A stretch of DNA of 64,000 bases from Bacteroidota bacterium (GCA_016706255.1 JADJJZ010000006.1:486022-550021); one strand, 5' to 3'; shown: positions 20,147 to 31,492, numbered from the stretch's first letter. A program made the numbers and translations. The notes: generated by a model from the letters alone, not told the origin.

Positions 20147-20695
20147 ATGCAAACCAACGACACAAAAATCAGCAAATTTCTAAGCCTGGTTTTACGACAT
20201 CAACCCGAATTAATCGGTCTTCAACTCGACCAAAATGGCTGGGCAGATGTAGCAGTATTAATTGAAAAAGTAAATGCGCATGGCATTAAAATCGACCAAA
20301 CAATTTTAAACCATATTGTTGCAACAAATCCCAAAAAGCGATTTGCTTTTAACGATACACAAGATAAAATTCGTGCAAGTCAGGGCCATTCCATAGAAAT
20401 AGAATTAGGATATACCAATCAGCAACCACCCGAAATATTATATCATGGAACAGGTGAAAAATCTGTCGCTTCAATTTTACAATCCGGCCTTGAAAAGCGC
20501 AACCGTCAACACGTCCATTTAAGCGCCGATATCACCACCGCCATCAAAGTCGGACAACGCCACGGAAAACCAAAAATATTCAAAGTGTTTGCCCAACAAA
20601 TGTTCAACGACAACTACATTTTCTACATTTCAGACAACGGCGTATGGCTAACAGATAATGTGCCTGTCAGGTATTTACAAATTAATGATGAATAA
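20147..20695 (+). CDS. kptA: RNA 2'-phosphotransferase (Tpt1/KptA family)
   Basis: ISKFLSLVLRHQPE...GWADV...RASQGHS...LYHGT...HVHLS motifs. Confidence 0.85.
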   Translation: MQTNDTKISKFLSLVLRHQPELIGLQLDQNGWADVAVLIEKVNAHGIKIDQTILNHIVATNPKKRFAFNDTQDKIRASQGHSIEIELGYTNQQPPEILYHGTGEKSVASILQSGLEKRNRQHVHLSADITTAIKVGQRHGKPKIFKVFAQQMFNDNYIFYISDNGVWLTDNVPVRYLQINDE

Positions 20696-20766
20696 AAACG
20701 CACTTCCACACAACCTAATTGTAATTTATAACACCTTTAAAATCGCATAATATCAAAACCTAAACA

Positions 20767-21264
20767 ATGAAATTAACTGTACAAATCACGCGTCAGGAGT
20801 ATTATGAATTTACCAAGTACCATTTTTATCATACGCAGTTTAAAAAAAATGTAATATCAATGGTAATTATGGTTGCGGTACTCGAGATAGTATTAAGTCT
20901 AAATGGGTTTAATTTGTTTGCAACCATCATTTCAGTAATTGGTGCCGGCTTGTTTTATTATTTTGCAATTTCCAGAATTTTAAAAAGAGCTAAAAATGTT
21001 CCCGACAATGATGGAGCAATTTTGGGTGAAAATGTGTATACATTTAACGAAGAACAAATTCTGTTTAATTCCCAAAACTCAGAAGCTGTGCATCGCTGGC
21101 AGGTTATTAAAAGTTTCAAAGAAGCCGCCAAAGCATATTATTTGTTTATGGATTCCAACATGGCAATAGTAATCCCAAAACGCGTATTTAGCAACCCAGA
21201 GGAAGAAACTGAATTTAAAGCATTGGTTCAACGAAAATTACTATCAAATTTACAAACCCCATAA
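20767..21264 (+). CDS. YcxB-like membrane-anchored protein
   Basis: Two central TM helices followed by a C-terminal domain with ...AYYLFMDSNMAIVIPKRVF.... Confidence 0.55.
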   Translation: MKLTVQITRQEYYEFTKYHFYHTQFKKNVISMVIMVAVLEIVLSLNGFNLFATIISVIGAGLFYYFAISRILKRAKNVPDNDGAILGENVYTFNEEQILFNSQNSEAVHRWQVIKSFKEAAKAYYLFMDSNMAIVIPKRVFSNPEEETEFKALVQRKLLSNLQTP

Positions 21265-21277
21265 ATAAAATAAATAA

Positions 21278-21328
21278 CCCGCTATGCATGGTCTCCGACC
21301 ATGCATCCGAACCCGGGTCTCCCGACCC
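21278..21328. repeat. REP-like double hairpin
   Basis: CCCGCTATGCATGGTCTCCGACCATGCATCCGAACCCGGGTCTCCCGACCC. Confidence 0.9.
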
Positions 21329-21344
21329 TTAGCTCCTCACAAAA

Positions 21345-21797
21345 ATGCTAATTAAAACCACCCACGCCGCCTACATTTTCACACTCAGCATACTCTTATA
21401 TGCCCTTGGACTATATTATTACCACGGCTTTAGTAATTATTTCTTAATAATTCCCGGATGGCATATACAATTTAATAATACGTATTTGTACATCGCTTGC
21501 AGTATACTTGGTATTCTAAATATTTTGTTATACAAACAACTCTCAAAACGAAGTCCCACAATTAAAGTTTACAAGCTAATATTACATATTTTACTTACTG
21601 TCCCACTTTGGATGTTATGTCAGTATTTGCAAATTTCTGTATTGCAAAATCAATTTATGGACTATGTGCGTGAAGGCCAATTGGGAAATTATTATTTAAA
21701 AACATTTTTTTATTCAATGATTTTGATAGTTGTAATTCAAATTTATTATTGGTATAACTTATTTAAAACTACCCATTCAAATACCGGCGCTAAATAA
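21345..21797 (+). CDS. Hypothetical membrane protein
   Basis: 150 aa, 4 predicted TM helices. Confidence 0.45.
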   Translation: MLIKTTHAAYIFTLSILLYALGLYYYHGFSNYFLIIPGWHIQFNNTYLYIACSILGILNILLYKQLSKRSPTIKVYKLILHILLTVPLWMLCQYLQISVLQNQFMDYVREGQLGNYYLKTFFYSMILIVVIQIYYWYNLFKTTHSNTGAK

Positions 21798-21822
21798 TTT
21801 TTAATTTATTTAAACAGGTGAT

Positions 21823-21870
21823 GCTATGCATGGTCTCCGACCATGCATCCGAACCGCGGTCTCCCGACCG
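21823..21870. repeat. REP-like double hairpin
   Basis: GCTATGCATGGTCTCCGACCATGCATCCGAACCGCGGTCTCCCGACCG. Confidence 0.9.
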
Positions 21871-21926
21871 TTAGGCAAATTACATTCAAATGCTTAAAAT
21901 TAGAATTATTGCACTCCCCATCATCC

Positions 21927-23768
21927 CTACTGCAACACTAAATCAAAATAATAAACCTTTTCTCCTGATATCATTCTAAGTAAATAATATCCTTTTGCAA
22001 ATTTCGAAAAGTCCAATATAATTAAGTTATGGAAATCAAAATTGGTTTCCCACACTATCCCTTGAAACGATAACATTTCAAGATGAGCTTCCGGCAGGTA
22101 TAATTCATTTTTCGACTCAATTTGCACAACACCAAATGAGGGATTGGGATATAATATTAACGCGTCAGTTAATAATCTACAATCGGTTACTACAACAGTG
22201 TCACTTAATATTTTGCATAGCGTAGTGCTGGTCACATAATAACGACCTGTATCCTGAATGATTATTTCCTGCGTGGTTGCACCTGTATTCCATAAATAGT
22301 TGGATAAAACACCTGCATTTAATACAGCAGTATAATTTCCTGTTTCACATAAATCAATTGAATCACCTAAATCAATAACGGCATCTTTATAAGCATCCTC
22401 ATAAATGGTTACATAATCAAAAAAATCATAACAAGGAACTGAATAATGAACGCTATATGTGCCTGGTTGTAAAATCGAAACAGATTGTGTGGTATCTCCG
22501 GTACTCCACAAATAATGTTCCATATTGGCAGGGGCAGTTAATGTAATCGGTTCATTAGTTGCACAAAATACAATATCATTGAAATCGAAAAATAAAATAC
22601 TGTCGGGCGGAAGTGGTGGCGCAATTACATTAAACGAATCAATATAGGTATTACACTTTAAGCGGCTTGTTAAAATAGTGGTGCCGTTTTCAAATATTTC
22701 AGCAGATGCAGTTGTGTATCCATTACTCCATAAATAGGTTTCATAAACTGCAGGACTATATAATGTTATTGGTAGCTCGTCGTTACAAATTGAGGTGTCC
22801 ATTGCAGATGTAAAAACGGAATCTACATGTTCTGATACATAGGTACTATCAGCAACAATTTGGAACCCATTATCATATTGCAACCAGTATAACCCTGCAT
22901 CGGTTATATGAATTGTTTTACCGGTTTCGCCGGTACTCCATAAGTAGTTGCCTTCGCCAAGATTTATATCCAGCACAAGTGTATCATTTTCACAAATCAT
23001 GGTATCCTGCAAAAAATGTTGTGGTGCATGTGTTAAAGAAACATCATCAATAAAAAAATACGATTTCCAATGTTCTATACAGGGGCAATATTCATCGGGT
23101 AAAAAAAGGGTATCTGTTGTTTCATCCGGTTTAAAGTTGCCAATGGTCATCCACTTTTCGCCACCTGTTGCTAAATAATATCCATTCATTTGGTTCCAGG
23201 TACCGGGGTTTAAAATGTAATTGCCATCTAAATTGGAAAGATGTGCATCAACGCCCAGTGTATCACTTTCGGCAAAATCGGTAATTCTGTTTTTAGAAAA
23301 ATAAACACCGATGTCATCGCTGGTAAAAAATTTTGTTGTCTCCCAAAAAATATCCAATTGGCGCATAGCAGTTGCCAGCCATGTTTCAAAATAATAAAAT
23401 TCACCGGCAACCAACGAATCGGTTAACTGCACCTGAATATATTCTCTATGGCTTGCCTGGTCAGAAATAATCGTTAAGCCGACATAGGCATTCCCACTGT
23501 GAGTTGGTTGATTCTCAGTGTACATGTTAAATGGTATGTATACCATTGAGTCAAACGTTAAGCCATCACAAACATTAAAATAATCCGGACTGCCATCAGT
23601 GGCTGCATGCCAATCTGCTATAAATGTGTTAGAAACCTGAAATATTGTAGCTGTGTCATAGGGACAATAATCATGCAACTCAAAACTTGGATTTGGGACC
23701 AAATTTTGAGCCCTTACACTTAAGTGCAAAACAGTAATGCAACAGAGCATAAAAACGAAACGGGGCAT
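21927..23768 (-). CDS. Secreted protein with T9SS C-terminal sorting domain
   Basis: N-terminal signal peptide. Repeated ...YLWSTG(E/D)T... modules. C-terminal LYPNPSFGVVQIES...YYLLRM...V tail typical of Por/T9SS cargo. Confidence 0.7.
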   Translation of the reverse strand: MPRFVFMLCCITVLHLSVRAQNLVPNPSFELHDYCPYDTATIFQVSNTFIADWHAATDGSPDYFNVCDGLTFDSMVYIPFNMYTENQPTHSGNAYVGLTIISDQASHREYIQVQLTDSLVAGEFYYFETWLATAMRQLDIFWETTKFFTSDDIGVYFSKNRITDFAESDTLGVDAHLSNLDGNYILNPGTWNQMNGYYLATGGEKWMTIGNFKPDETTDTLFLPDEYCPCIEHWKSYFFIDDVSLTHAPQHFLQDTMICENDTLVLDINLGEGNYLWSTGETGKTIHITDAGLYWLQYDNGFQIVADSTYVSEHVDSVFTSAMDTSICNDELPITLYSPAVYETYLWSNGYTTASAEIFENGTTILTSRLKCNTYIDSFNVIAPPLPPDSILFFDFNDIVFCATNEPITLTAPANMEHYLWSTGDTTQSVSILQPGTYSVHYSVPCYDFFDYVTIYEDAYKDAVIDLGDSIDLCETGNYTAVLNAGVLSNYLWNTGATTQEIIIQDTGRYYVTSTTLCKILSDTVVVTDCRLLTDALILYPNPSFGVVQIESKNELYLPEAHLEMLSFQGIVWETNFDFHNLIILDFSKFAKGYYLLRMISGEKVYYFDLVLQ

Positions 23769-23845
23769 ATTTCAAATTTACAGTTTTTCCGTTTATAAGT
23801 ATAATTTGAAGTCAATTTTTTGCACTTTGGAGCTGCTCAGAGCCA

Positions 23846-24601
23846 ATGGCACAGCTAAAAGTTGCAATTCATAAATCAAAATGGGTAGATTTGAATGCAG
23901 TTATTTTAAACATGCAAAAAAACAATATGTCTAAAGTCCTCCAAAACCTGATTGAAGCTGAACAAAAAGCCGAACAACTTTTTGATGCAATATCAGCACG
24001 CAATTTAATTACCCCCGGTAAAACCGAACAACAATTAAATACCGAAATATTTAATCTCGCAAATGAATTATTCGGCATCGAAAAATATTGGCATAAACGA
24101 ATTGTGCGCGCAGGAAAAAATACACTGGTTCCATATGATGAAAATCCACCTGATTTAACCATACAAGATGATGATATTTTATTTCTCGACTTCGGGCCCA
24201 TTTTCGAAGAATGGGAAGCCGATTTTGGAAGAACATTTGTAATTGGTAATGACCCGCTGAAAATGAAATTAAAACAGGACATTGAAAAAGCATGGTATGA
24301 AGCTAAAAATTGGTATTTGCAACATAACAGTTTAACCGGCGCCGATTTTCATGCATACATCTGCAACCTCGCAAAAATATATGGCTGGGAATATGGCGGA
24401 CAACTTGCAGGTCACCTTATCGGACATTTTCCGCATGAACGACTCGAACCTCAAAATTATGGTTTATACGTCCACCCCGGCAACCCAAACGATATGTTTT
24501 TACCCGATGCAAACGGCAACAAACGCCATTGGATTTTAGAAATCCATTTCATTGACCGGGAAAAAGAAATTGGCGGATTTTTTGAGCAATTGATGGTGTA
24601 A
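23846..24601 (+). CDS. M24-family metallopeptidase-like protein
   Basis: Pita-bread-fold pattern (…DDILFLDFGPIFEEWEADFGRTF…HLIGH…). The true start is probably an internal Met (MQKNNM/MSKV). Confidence 0.6.
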   Translation: MAQLKVAIHKSKWVDLNAVILNMQKNNMSKVLQNLIEAEQKAEQLFDAISARNLITPGKTEQQLNTEIFNLANELFGIEKYWHKRIVRAGKNTLVPYDENPPDLTIQDDDILFLDFGPIFEEWEADFGRTFVIGNDPLKMKLKQDIEKAWYEAKNWYLQHNSLTGADFHAYICNLAKIYGWEYGGQLAGHLIGHFPHERLEPQNYGLYVHPGNPNDMFLPDANGNKRHWILEIHFIDREKEIGGFFEQLMV

Positions 24602-24864
24602 ATCTGTCAACTTGTTTAGTATATCATTCTTGTATATTTTACTCTGTAAATACAATATAAATTCATTAATAATTAACATGTGTGTTCTTGTTTCCATTGG
24701 TATAGCAGAGCTCGTAAAATTAAAAATGAATTAGTAGTTGTATTGTTTTCTGATGACTAATATATTTTATCAGTAACTCAAGTATGAATTTTTGAATAAA
24801 GTAACTTCGCCATTTATTGCTAATTAAAGCCAATATATTATTAAACCTATTAAATTGTCAAAAT

Positions 24865-26292
24865 TTATAATACCCGATTAATGTGCTCTTCGTTTTCCAA
24901 ATCGCTTTTTTCAAGGTGCATTACCTGCTCTATTTGTTTATCAATGTTTACAAATTGTAGCACAAACCACGCTAATGCAATAATACCTGCGAATGCAAGT
25001 AGTGAAATTTGCCAGTTAAAATTTTCTGTCATTGGTCCTATAAATGTAGCAAATGTCATTTGCCCCATATTGGCAATAGTCATATATAATGTAAACTGGC
25101 TCGCTGAAATCTTTTTCCAGCAGCATTGCATAGCAACAGCATAAACGGCTATACAGTTTAACGTAAAAATTATATTTTGTGCAATCATAAAAGCCAATAT
25201 AAAACTTTTATCTGACCAATACACTTTAGAAAATGATAAAATGGAAACGAAAAGTATAAAACAAAAAAAGTAAATATTGATCATTTTCTTTTTGCCATAT
25301 CTATCTATAAGAATTCCGCCAATGACCATTCCCAAAATTCCACCAATGAGTTTTGCAGAAGCGTAATAATTAGAATATTCAACATTTGTCCACCCCAATT
25401 CTTTAACAGTAAAAATAGGAAGTAAAGTGCCCATATATTTTGAACCTCCCTGACAAATAAATAACATCAAGGCAATGAGTAAAGAATTACGTAATGTAAA
25501 TACTTTAAATAAAGATTTGAAAATGGCCCGCCAGTCATTCAGTTGCAAATTTTGCGTATCCGATGAAGGTTTACCTTTTGACCATGGGGCTAATTTTTCA
25601 CCATTTCTTTCCCTTAAAAATGCAGGAACTAACATGATAACTCCGATTGCAACTGCCACTGTAAGCATTGCAGTCTTAAAGTCATATATATTTAAAATTA
25701 AACTACATGCTGCAAGTGAAACCGATAAGCCAATCACTTTTGAACCCCACATTAAACCATTGGCTTTTGCCTGTTGGTCTCCCGGAATTAAATCAACTGC
25801 CATGCCATCCGTAGCAATATCCTGAAAAGCACCAAAGCAGGAAACAAAAAATGCGGCTATCATTAATTGATTTAAGTTGTTTAAAGGATCCGGAACATAC
25901 GCCATATAAATACAACTGAGCACCAAACCCAGTTGCCCCAAAAGCACCCACGGTCGTTTTCTTCCCATCGGTAAATAAGTATATCGATCCATCATTGGTG
26001 CCGCAATAAATTTAAAACTCCATGGCAAAACAATTATGATAGCAAATGCAGAAATTTCGCCAGGCGTTTTCCCGTTCATAGCCATCCACGCAGGTATACC
26101 CAAAGCAAGCATTCCTTCAGGCACACCCTGAGCAAAATACAAGGCTATAAAATTGAAATATCGCAGTAATTTATTTTCAGCGAGCGCCGGTAAAATCCTA
26201 TTTTTCCTTTGCTGAATTGTCAAAGTTGTTTGCATGATATTCTTGTTAAGAGCTTGAAAGAGGGAAGAGCAATAAATTATTACTCTTCCCAT
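24865..26292 (-). CDS. MFS transporter (AmpG-like)
   Basis: 12-TM pattern with MMDRYTYLPMGRKRPW loop motif. Likely start at MQTTLT (near 26235). Confidence 0.75.
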   Translation of the reverse strand: MGRVIIYCSSLFQALNKNIMQTTLTIQQRKNRILPALAENKLLRYFNFIALYFAQGVPEGMLALGIPAWMAMNGKTPGEISAFAIIIVLPWSFKFIAAPMMDRYTYLPMGRKRPWVLLGQLGLVLSCIYMAYVPDPLNNLNQLMIAAFFVSCFGAFQDIATDGMAVDLIPGDQQAKANGLMWGSKVIGLSVSLAACSLILNIYDFKTAMLTVAVAIGVIMLVPAFLRERNGEKLAPWSKGKPSSDTQNLQLNDWRAIFKSLFKVFTLRNSLLIALMLFICQGGSKYMGTLLPIFTVKELGWTNVEYSNYYASAKLIGGILGMVIGGILIDRYGKKKMINIYFFCFILFVSILSFSKVYWSDKSFILAFMIAQNIIFTLNCIAVYAVAMQCCWKKISASQFTLYMTIANMGQMTFATFIGPMTENFNWQISLLAFAGIIALAWFVLQFVNIDKQIEQVMHLEKSDLENEEHINRVL

Positions 26293-26325
26293 TTGAAATG
26301 GTTTTAATTAACTAAAGTGGCTGTA

Positions 26326-27069
26326 TTATTTTGAGCCTAAATCTTTCTTCACAAAAAGCAATTCACTCCAGCTTTGCTCAAGATATTCTGCAAGGTCTTT
26401 CTGATATTGCGCATAGGATCCTTGTCCGTTTACTTCTTCATACGCATCTTTAAATGGTTTGCGGAAACCGGGAGTTTTTTCTTTTAAACCTTCTTTATAC
26501 CTTGTCACAATTAAATAATGAAATTGCCCTGACGAGTTTGATTTATACACAGCAACCGAAACCCCGGACGCTTCCCAAGTTTTTTGTAATCTTTTAATCA
26601 TGAGTACCACATTATCGTTTTGACCCATTTTCGGATACACATGTGTAATATTTATTTTATCTGTAACATCACCTATCGCAACTGAACTTAGTGAATCAAT
26701 AAATTCATAGTAGCCTGCCGATTGTTTGTCGGTTAAATAAATTGCAACGTTTTTGTTCCAATCTTCCATATGGGCAGCACCAAGGTCGCCTCTGGAATCT
26801 TCACTTTCCCATGTTTTTGGTCCTTCAGTAATTTGATATCCACCCATATCAGGACCTGTTTGAATTGCAAAAACCCTCCAGGCAGCATCACCTGAATGAT
26901 ATTTTTGAGCATGATTGGCAAGTGCGCGCTCAAATTCGCTTACCTTATCAATTTTTGGAAATACCCGGTGTGTAGATATTACATTTTTGGTTTGTGCCAT
27001 ACTCCAAAGTGGCATTACCATAATAAGCAGCATAAAAGCAAGTGGCTTTAGGTTTAATTTGATTTTCAT
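26326..27069 (-). CDS. Secreted hypothetical protein
   Basis: 247 aa with signal peptide; no recognised domain. Confidence 0.5.
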   Translation of the reverse strand: MKIKLNLKPLAFMLLIMVMPLWSMAQTKNVISTHRVFPKIDKVSEFERALANHAQKYHSGDAAWRVFAIQTGPDMGGYQITEGPKTWESEDSRGDLGAAHMEDWNKNVAIYLTDKQSAGYYEFIDSLSSVAIGDVTDKINITHVYPKMGQNDNVVLMIKRLQKTWEASGVSVAVYKSNSSGQFHYLIVTRYKEGLKEKTPGFRKPFKDAYEEVNGQGSYAQYQKDLAEYLEQSWSELLFVKKDLGSK

Positions 27070-27318
27070 TTTCTTTTGATTTTGTGGTTAATTATTATTT
27101 TAGAAATCATAAATTATTCCAGCAAAATTCCACCATACACGCATTTTTCATGCGCATAGATTAACCAAAAAACCGAATTTTTCATGCAAAGAATAGGACA
27201 AATGGCCCAACTATAGGACAAAATCACCATACTTTAAATCAATTGCCAATTTTGTAGTCAGGAAGTGTAAATAATTGCGTTTTGAATTTACCTTTATTGG
27301 CAAATCTTTCTGCTTTAT

Positions 27319-30300
27319 ATGAAAGTCATCCTGTTTTTAACCCTTTTGCTCGGTTGTTTTTTAATGCCTGTGCATGCACAGCTTAAATATGATTGGCTTA
27401 CAACCTCGGATGGCTTATCACAGGGGTACATTCATGATATTATTCAGGATAGGGATGGTTTTATGTGGTTCGGAACTAAGGATGGACTCAACCGCTACGA
27501 TGGATACACTTTTAAAGAATACACCTATAATATATATGACCCCAATTCAATAAGCAACAACACCGTGCATCATTTATATGAAGACAGCAAAGGGAGAATT
27601 TGGGCTATAACGGATAATGGAATAAATATTTATGATAAAAACAGGGATAGTTTTCGACGCATTATGCACGACCCCAAAAATGAAAATAGCCTTGCCGATG
27701 ATAAAATCTCATTACCGATTATTGAATTAAATGATGGGCGTTTTTTAGTAATGCCTGAAGAAGAAAGTATTCATCTTATAACCTTACCTGACGATTTCTT
27801 TGAAAAAGACCTGGACCCGGAAATTGTTCGTTTGAAAACACCTGAAGTGCACAATGCTTCACATTTATATAAAGATAAACATGGAAAAGTATGGCTTATT
27901 GCAGATGGCATCTTGTATGAATTTATTCCGGGCACCAGTTCACTAATCCGGAGAAAAGAAAATATGAATTTTGGTCAATCCTATACTGATGAAACAGGTG
28001 AAGTTTGGATTAACGATATGTTTTTCAGTAAAATTGAAGACACGGAATTATATTCTTTATTTTCAAAAAATATAGCTAAAGGGCACGGTACATTTTTCTT
28101 GCTTGAAGCAGATAAAAACAGATTGTGGCTGGGCATTACTGATTCAGCCAAATTAGAAATTTATGATACTAAAAACTGGACGAAAGGCAAGCCGCTTGAT
28201 CCGGAAAAATGCCGCGTTTATAGTTTTTCGGATATAACACCTACAAAATTTTATAAGGACCGTTCAGGCATTGTGTGGGTAGGTACGAATGGTTATGGTG
28301 TTAGAAAATATACAACCGATGCCGAACAATTTAATCATATCGGATCCGGATTCAGTGTTCGCAAAATACTGGAATTGCAAAATGATCAGCTTTATGCTGT
28401 CGGTTGGGGAGGAGTTAAAAAGTTTGATGCCCACCTAAAAACAATTACAGAAGATAAAGACAAATTTCTCTTCGACAATTATGAATTTATTGCTGGAAAT
28501 GATAGAACAATTTGGGGCTTACGCAAAAAAAGGGGTGGCCCAAATGGAAGTGTTGTGGATGTAATTGAGCACATAAACCCTGTAACAGGAGCTGTTGAAA
28601 TTTATAAGATTAATGCCGAGATATCGAAATTACTCAGTGAACCGAAAATAGAAGATAGGAAAGGGTATATCTGGTTTATTGGTTTTGGCGGAACCATATA
28701 TGTATTAGATCCTAAAACTGGAGAAGGTAAAATTGTTTCCATAAATACGAATCTTATTAATCCAATGCTTAAAGGTGCACAAATAACTGCGTTATATGAG
28801 GATGTGCAGGGCACTGTGTGGGCAGGAACTGAAACAGGTCTGGCAAAAATTAACTTTGAATTTAACGCGCCTTCTAAAACTCAGGTAAGATGGTATAATA
28901 CCAATCCTGATGATATTAAAGCCTTAAGCTATAGCCACGTTTCTAGTATTATGGATGACCCCGCTGATAAAAATATTTTATGGGTTGCTACAAAAGGTGG
29001 TGGATTAAACAGGTTAGATAAACGCTCAAATACATTTTTCCATATTACTACTAAAGAAGGTTTGTGTAATAATGTGGTGTATGGAATTTTATCGGATGCA
29101 GAAGGTAATATCTGGGGGAGTACCAATAATGGAATTTTTTGTTTGCTGATGAATGCAAATAAAGTAAGTAATGGCTGGCAATTCAGACATTTCACCAAAG
29201 CTGCGGGACTACAGGAAGATGAATTTAATACCCACGCTTACACCAAACTCGATAATGGGTATTTAGCTTTTGGTGGTGTAAATGGATTAAATATTTTTGA
29301 TCCTGCTGTTGTATTGCGGAAAGGATTTATACCAAACGTTTTTATTACAAAAATACTGCTAGGTAACAATGAAATTTTACCTGACGACGAAAGCGGAGTT
29401 ATGCAGCAAAGTATAGAATTTGTGCATGGCATTACACTCAACTATAAACAGGATATTATAACACTTGAATTTTCATCGCTTGATTTTACTGCTCCTGGTC
29501 AAAATAAATACAGGTATAAATTAGAAGGTATAGATGAAGGCTGGGTGGAAAGCGGTGACCGACGAACAGCAACCTATGTGCATCTGCCGTCAGGAAATTA
29601 CACGTTTAAGTTGCAGGGAAGTAACAGTAAAGGTGAATGGAGCAGTAAAATTGTGGAATTAGATGTTATAATTCTGCCACCCTGGTGGCGAACATGGTGG
29701 GCTTATACTTTTTATATTTTAGTAGTTGCAATAGGCATTGGAAGTTATTTTAAATTCAGATTAAATAAAGCAAAATTAAAAGCACAATTAAATTTTGAAC
29801 AGCAGGAAGCCATAAGAATTAAAGAATTAGATGTCGTAAAAACACAGCTCTACACAAATATTACACATGAATTTCGAACACCGCTCACCGTTATTCTGGG
29901 TATGGCGAACCAGGTTAAAAATGATCCTGATAAATTTTTAGATAAAGGTGTGGACATGATTCTTCGAAATGGAGAAAATTTATTGAAGTTAGTAAATGAA
30001 ATGCTGGATCTTTCGAAATTGGAAAGCGGAAAAATGATTTTAAACTTGCGCGATGGCGATTTTATTGCTTATTTAAGATATATCGTAGAGTCTTTTCAAT
30101 CCCTGGCATCAGCTCAGCAAAAACAATTTCACTTTTTAGCAAATGCAGATGAACTGCAGGTAGTTTTTGATGCAGAAAAAACAAGACAAATAATTACAAA
30201 TTTGTTTTCAAATGCATTGAAATTTACACCCGAATATGGCAATATTTATGTGAGTGTTTCTTATGAACCAATTAGCAGTAGTAATATGGTTGAAGTGGAA

Positions 30301-31449
30301 ATAAAAGTTAAAGACACGGGCATCGGTATTCCTGAAAATCTAATTCCACATATTTTCGACCGCTTTACACAATTAGATAACAGTCACACACGAAAAGCAG
30401 AAGGTACAGGCATCGGACTTGCTCTTACGAAGGAATTAATAAAATTAATGAATGGTACCATTGGTGTAAAAAGCCCGCCGGTTGGTGCAAGTAAGGGGAC
30501 AGAATTTATTATCCGAATCCCTATGACTAAATCAGATTTAATTGATGCGTCAATTAATTTAATACCTGAGCACGATGAAAAAAATGTAAAGGTTAATATT
30601 GAGGAAAAATTAAAAATAAATTATGTAAATGAAACCATAAGCCACAGCACTATCCCTTTAATTTTGCTAGTGGAAGATAATGAGGATGTGGTGGGCTATA
30701 CTGCCGGATGTTTGACCGATTACAGATTGTTGGTTGGAAGAGATGGGAGAGAAGGTTTTGACATAGCAATTGAAAATATACCTGATATTATTATTACAGA
30801 TGTTATGATGCCTTATGTTGATGGCTTTGAAATGGTGAAAAAACTGAGAATGGATGAGCGCACGAGTCATATTCCTATCATTATTTTAACTGCCAAAGCA
30901 GATATTCAAAGTAAGTTAGAAGGATTGGAAAGTGGAGCGGATGTGTATTTGCAAAAACCATTTCATAAAGAGGAGCTCTTATTGCGTATAAAAAAATTAT
31001 TAGAGTTGCGCAAAAGCCTGCAACAGTATTACCGCAAACAAATAGGGATAACAACACCCGATGAAGATAACAAAAAAGAAAAACCGGAAACTAGTATTGA
31101 AGAAAAACCGGAGCATGAATTTGTAAAAAAGGTAAGGGAAATAATAGAAGCAAACTTTAATAACTATACATTCAGTGTTGAGCAATTATGCAAATTAATA
31201 TTTATGAGCCACTCACAATTGCATCGTAAATTATATGCGCTCATCGATTGTTCTCCAAATAAATTTATACGAATTGTACGATTGAATAAATCAAAAGAAT
31301 TGTTGACTGATCATTCATTGAGTATTGCTACTGTAGCTTTAGCATGTGGATATAATGACCCGGGATACTTTACCCGTGTATTTAAACAGGAATTTGGAAT
31401 AACCCCCCAAGAGTGGCGACAAAGCAGTAGTGAATTTCAATCGAAGTAG
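27319..31449 (+). CDS. Hybrid two-component system sensor kinase / response regulator with AraC HTH (HTCS type)
   Basis: 1376 aa. Periplasmic beta-propeller repeats, one TM, HisKA (ITHEFRTPLT), HATPase (GTGIGLALTKE), receiver (DVMMPYVDG) and AraC-type HTH C-terminus. Confidence 0.9.
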   Translation: MKVILFLTLLLGCFLMPVHAQLKYDWLTTSDGLSQGYIHDIIQDRDGFMWFGTKDGLNRYDGYTFKEYTYNIYDPNSISNNTVHHLYEDSKGRIWAITDNGINIYDKNRDSFRRIMHDPKNENSLADDKISLPIIELNDGRFLVMPEEESIHLITLPDDFFEKDLDPEIVRLKTPEVHNASHLYKDKHGKVWLIADGILYEFIPGTSSLIRRKENMNFGQSYTDETGEVWINDMFFSKIEDTELYSLFSKNIAKGHGTFFLLEADKNRLWLGITDSAKLEIYDTKNWTKGKPLDPEKCRVYSFSDITPTKFYKDRSGIVWVGTNGYGVRKYTTDAEQFNHIGSGFSVRKILELQNDQLYAVGWGGVKKFDAHLKTITEDKDKFLFDNYEFIAGNDRTIWGLRKKRGGPNGSVVDVIEHINPVTGAVEIYKINAEISKLLSEPKIEDRKGYIWFIGFGGTIYVLDPKTGEGKIVSINTNLINPMLKGAQITALYEDVQGTVWAGTETGLAKINFEFNAPSKTQVRWYNTNPDDIKALSYSHVSSIMDDPADKNILWVATKGGGLNRLDKRSNTFFHITTKEGLCNNVVYGILSDAEGNIWGSTNNGIFCLLMNANKVSNGWQFRHFTKAAGLQEDEFNTHAYTKLDNGYLAFGGVNGLNIFDPAVVLRKGFIPNVFITKILLGNNEILPDDESGVMQQSIEFVHGITLNYKQDIITLEFSSLDFTAPGQNKYRYKLEGIDEGWVESGDRRTATYVHLPSGNYTFKLQGSNSKGEWSSKIVELDVIILPPWWRTWWAYTFYILVVAIGIGSYFKFRLNKAKLKAQLNFEQQEAIRIKELDVVKTQLYTNITHEFRTPLTVILGMANQVKNDPDKFLDKGVDMILRNGENLLKLVNEMLDLSKLESGKMILNLRDGDFIAYLRYIVESFQSLASAQQKQFHFLANADELQVVFDAEKTRQIITNLFSNALKFTPEYGNIYVSVSYEPISSSNMVEVEIKVKDTGIGIPENLIPHIFDRFTQLDNSHTRKAEGTGIGLALTKELIKLMNGTIGVKSPPVGASKGTEFIIRIPMTKSDLIDASINLIPEHDEKNVKVNIEEKLKINYVNETISHSTIPLILLVEDNEDVVGYTAGCLTDYRLLVGRDGREGFDIAIENIPDIIITDVMMPYVDGFEMVKKLRMDERTSHIPIIILTAKADIQSKLEGLESGADVYLQKPFHKEELLLRIKKLLELRKSLQQYYRKQIGITTPDEDNKKEKPETSIEEKPEHEFVKKVREIIEANFNNYTFSVEQLCKLIFMSHSQLHRKLYALIDCSPNKFIRIVRLNKSKELLTDHSLSIATVALACGYNDPGYFTRVFKQEFGITPQEWRQSSSEFQSK

Positions 31450-31492
31450 ATATTGTTGTGAGCGAATAGATAATGTACCAATTTCCGAATGT

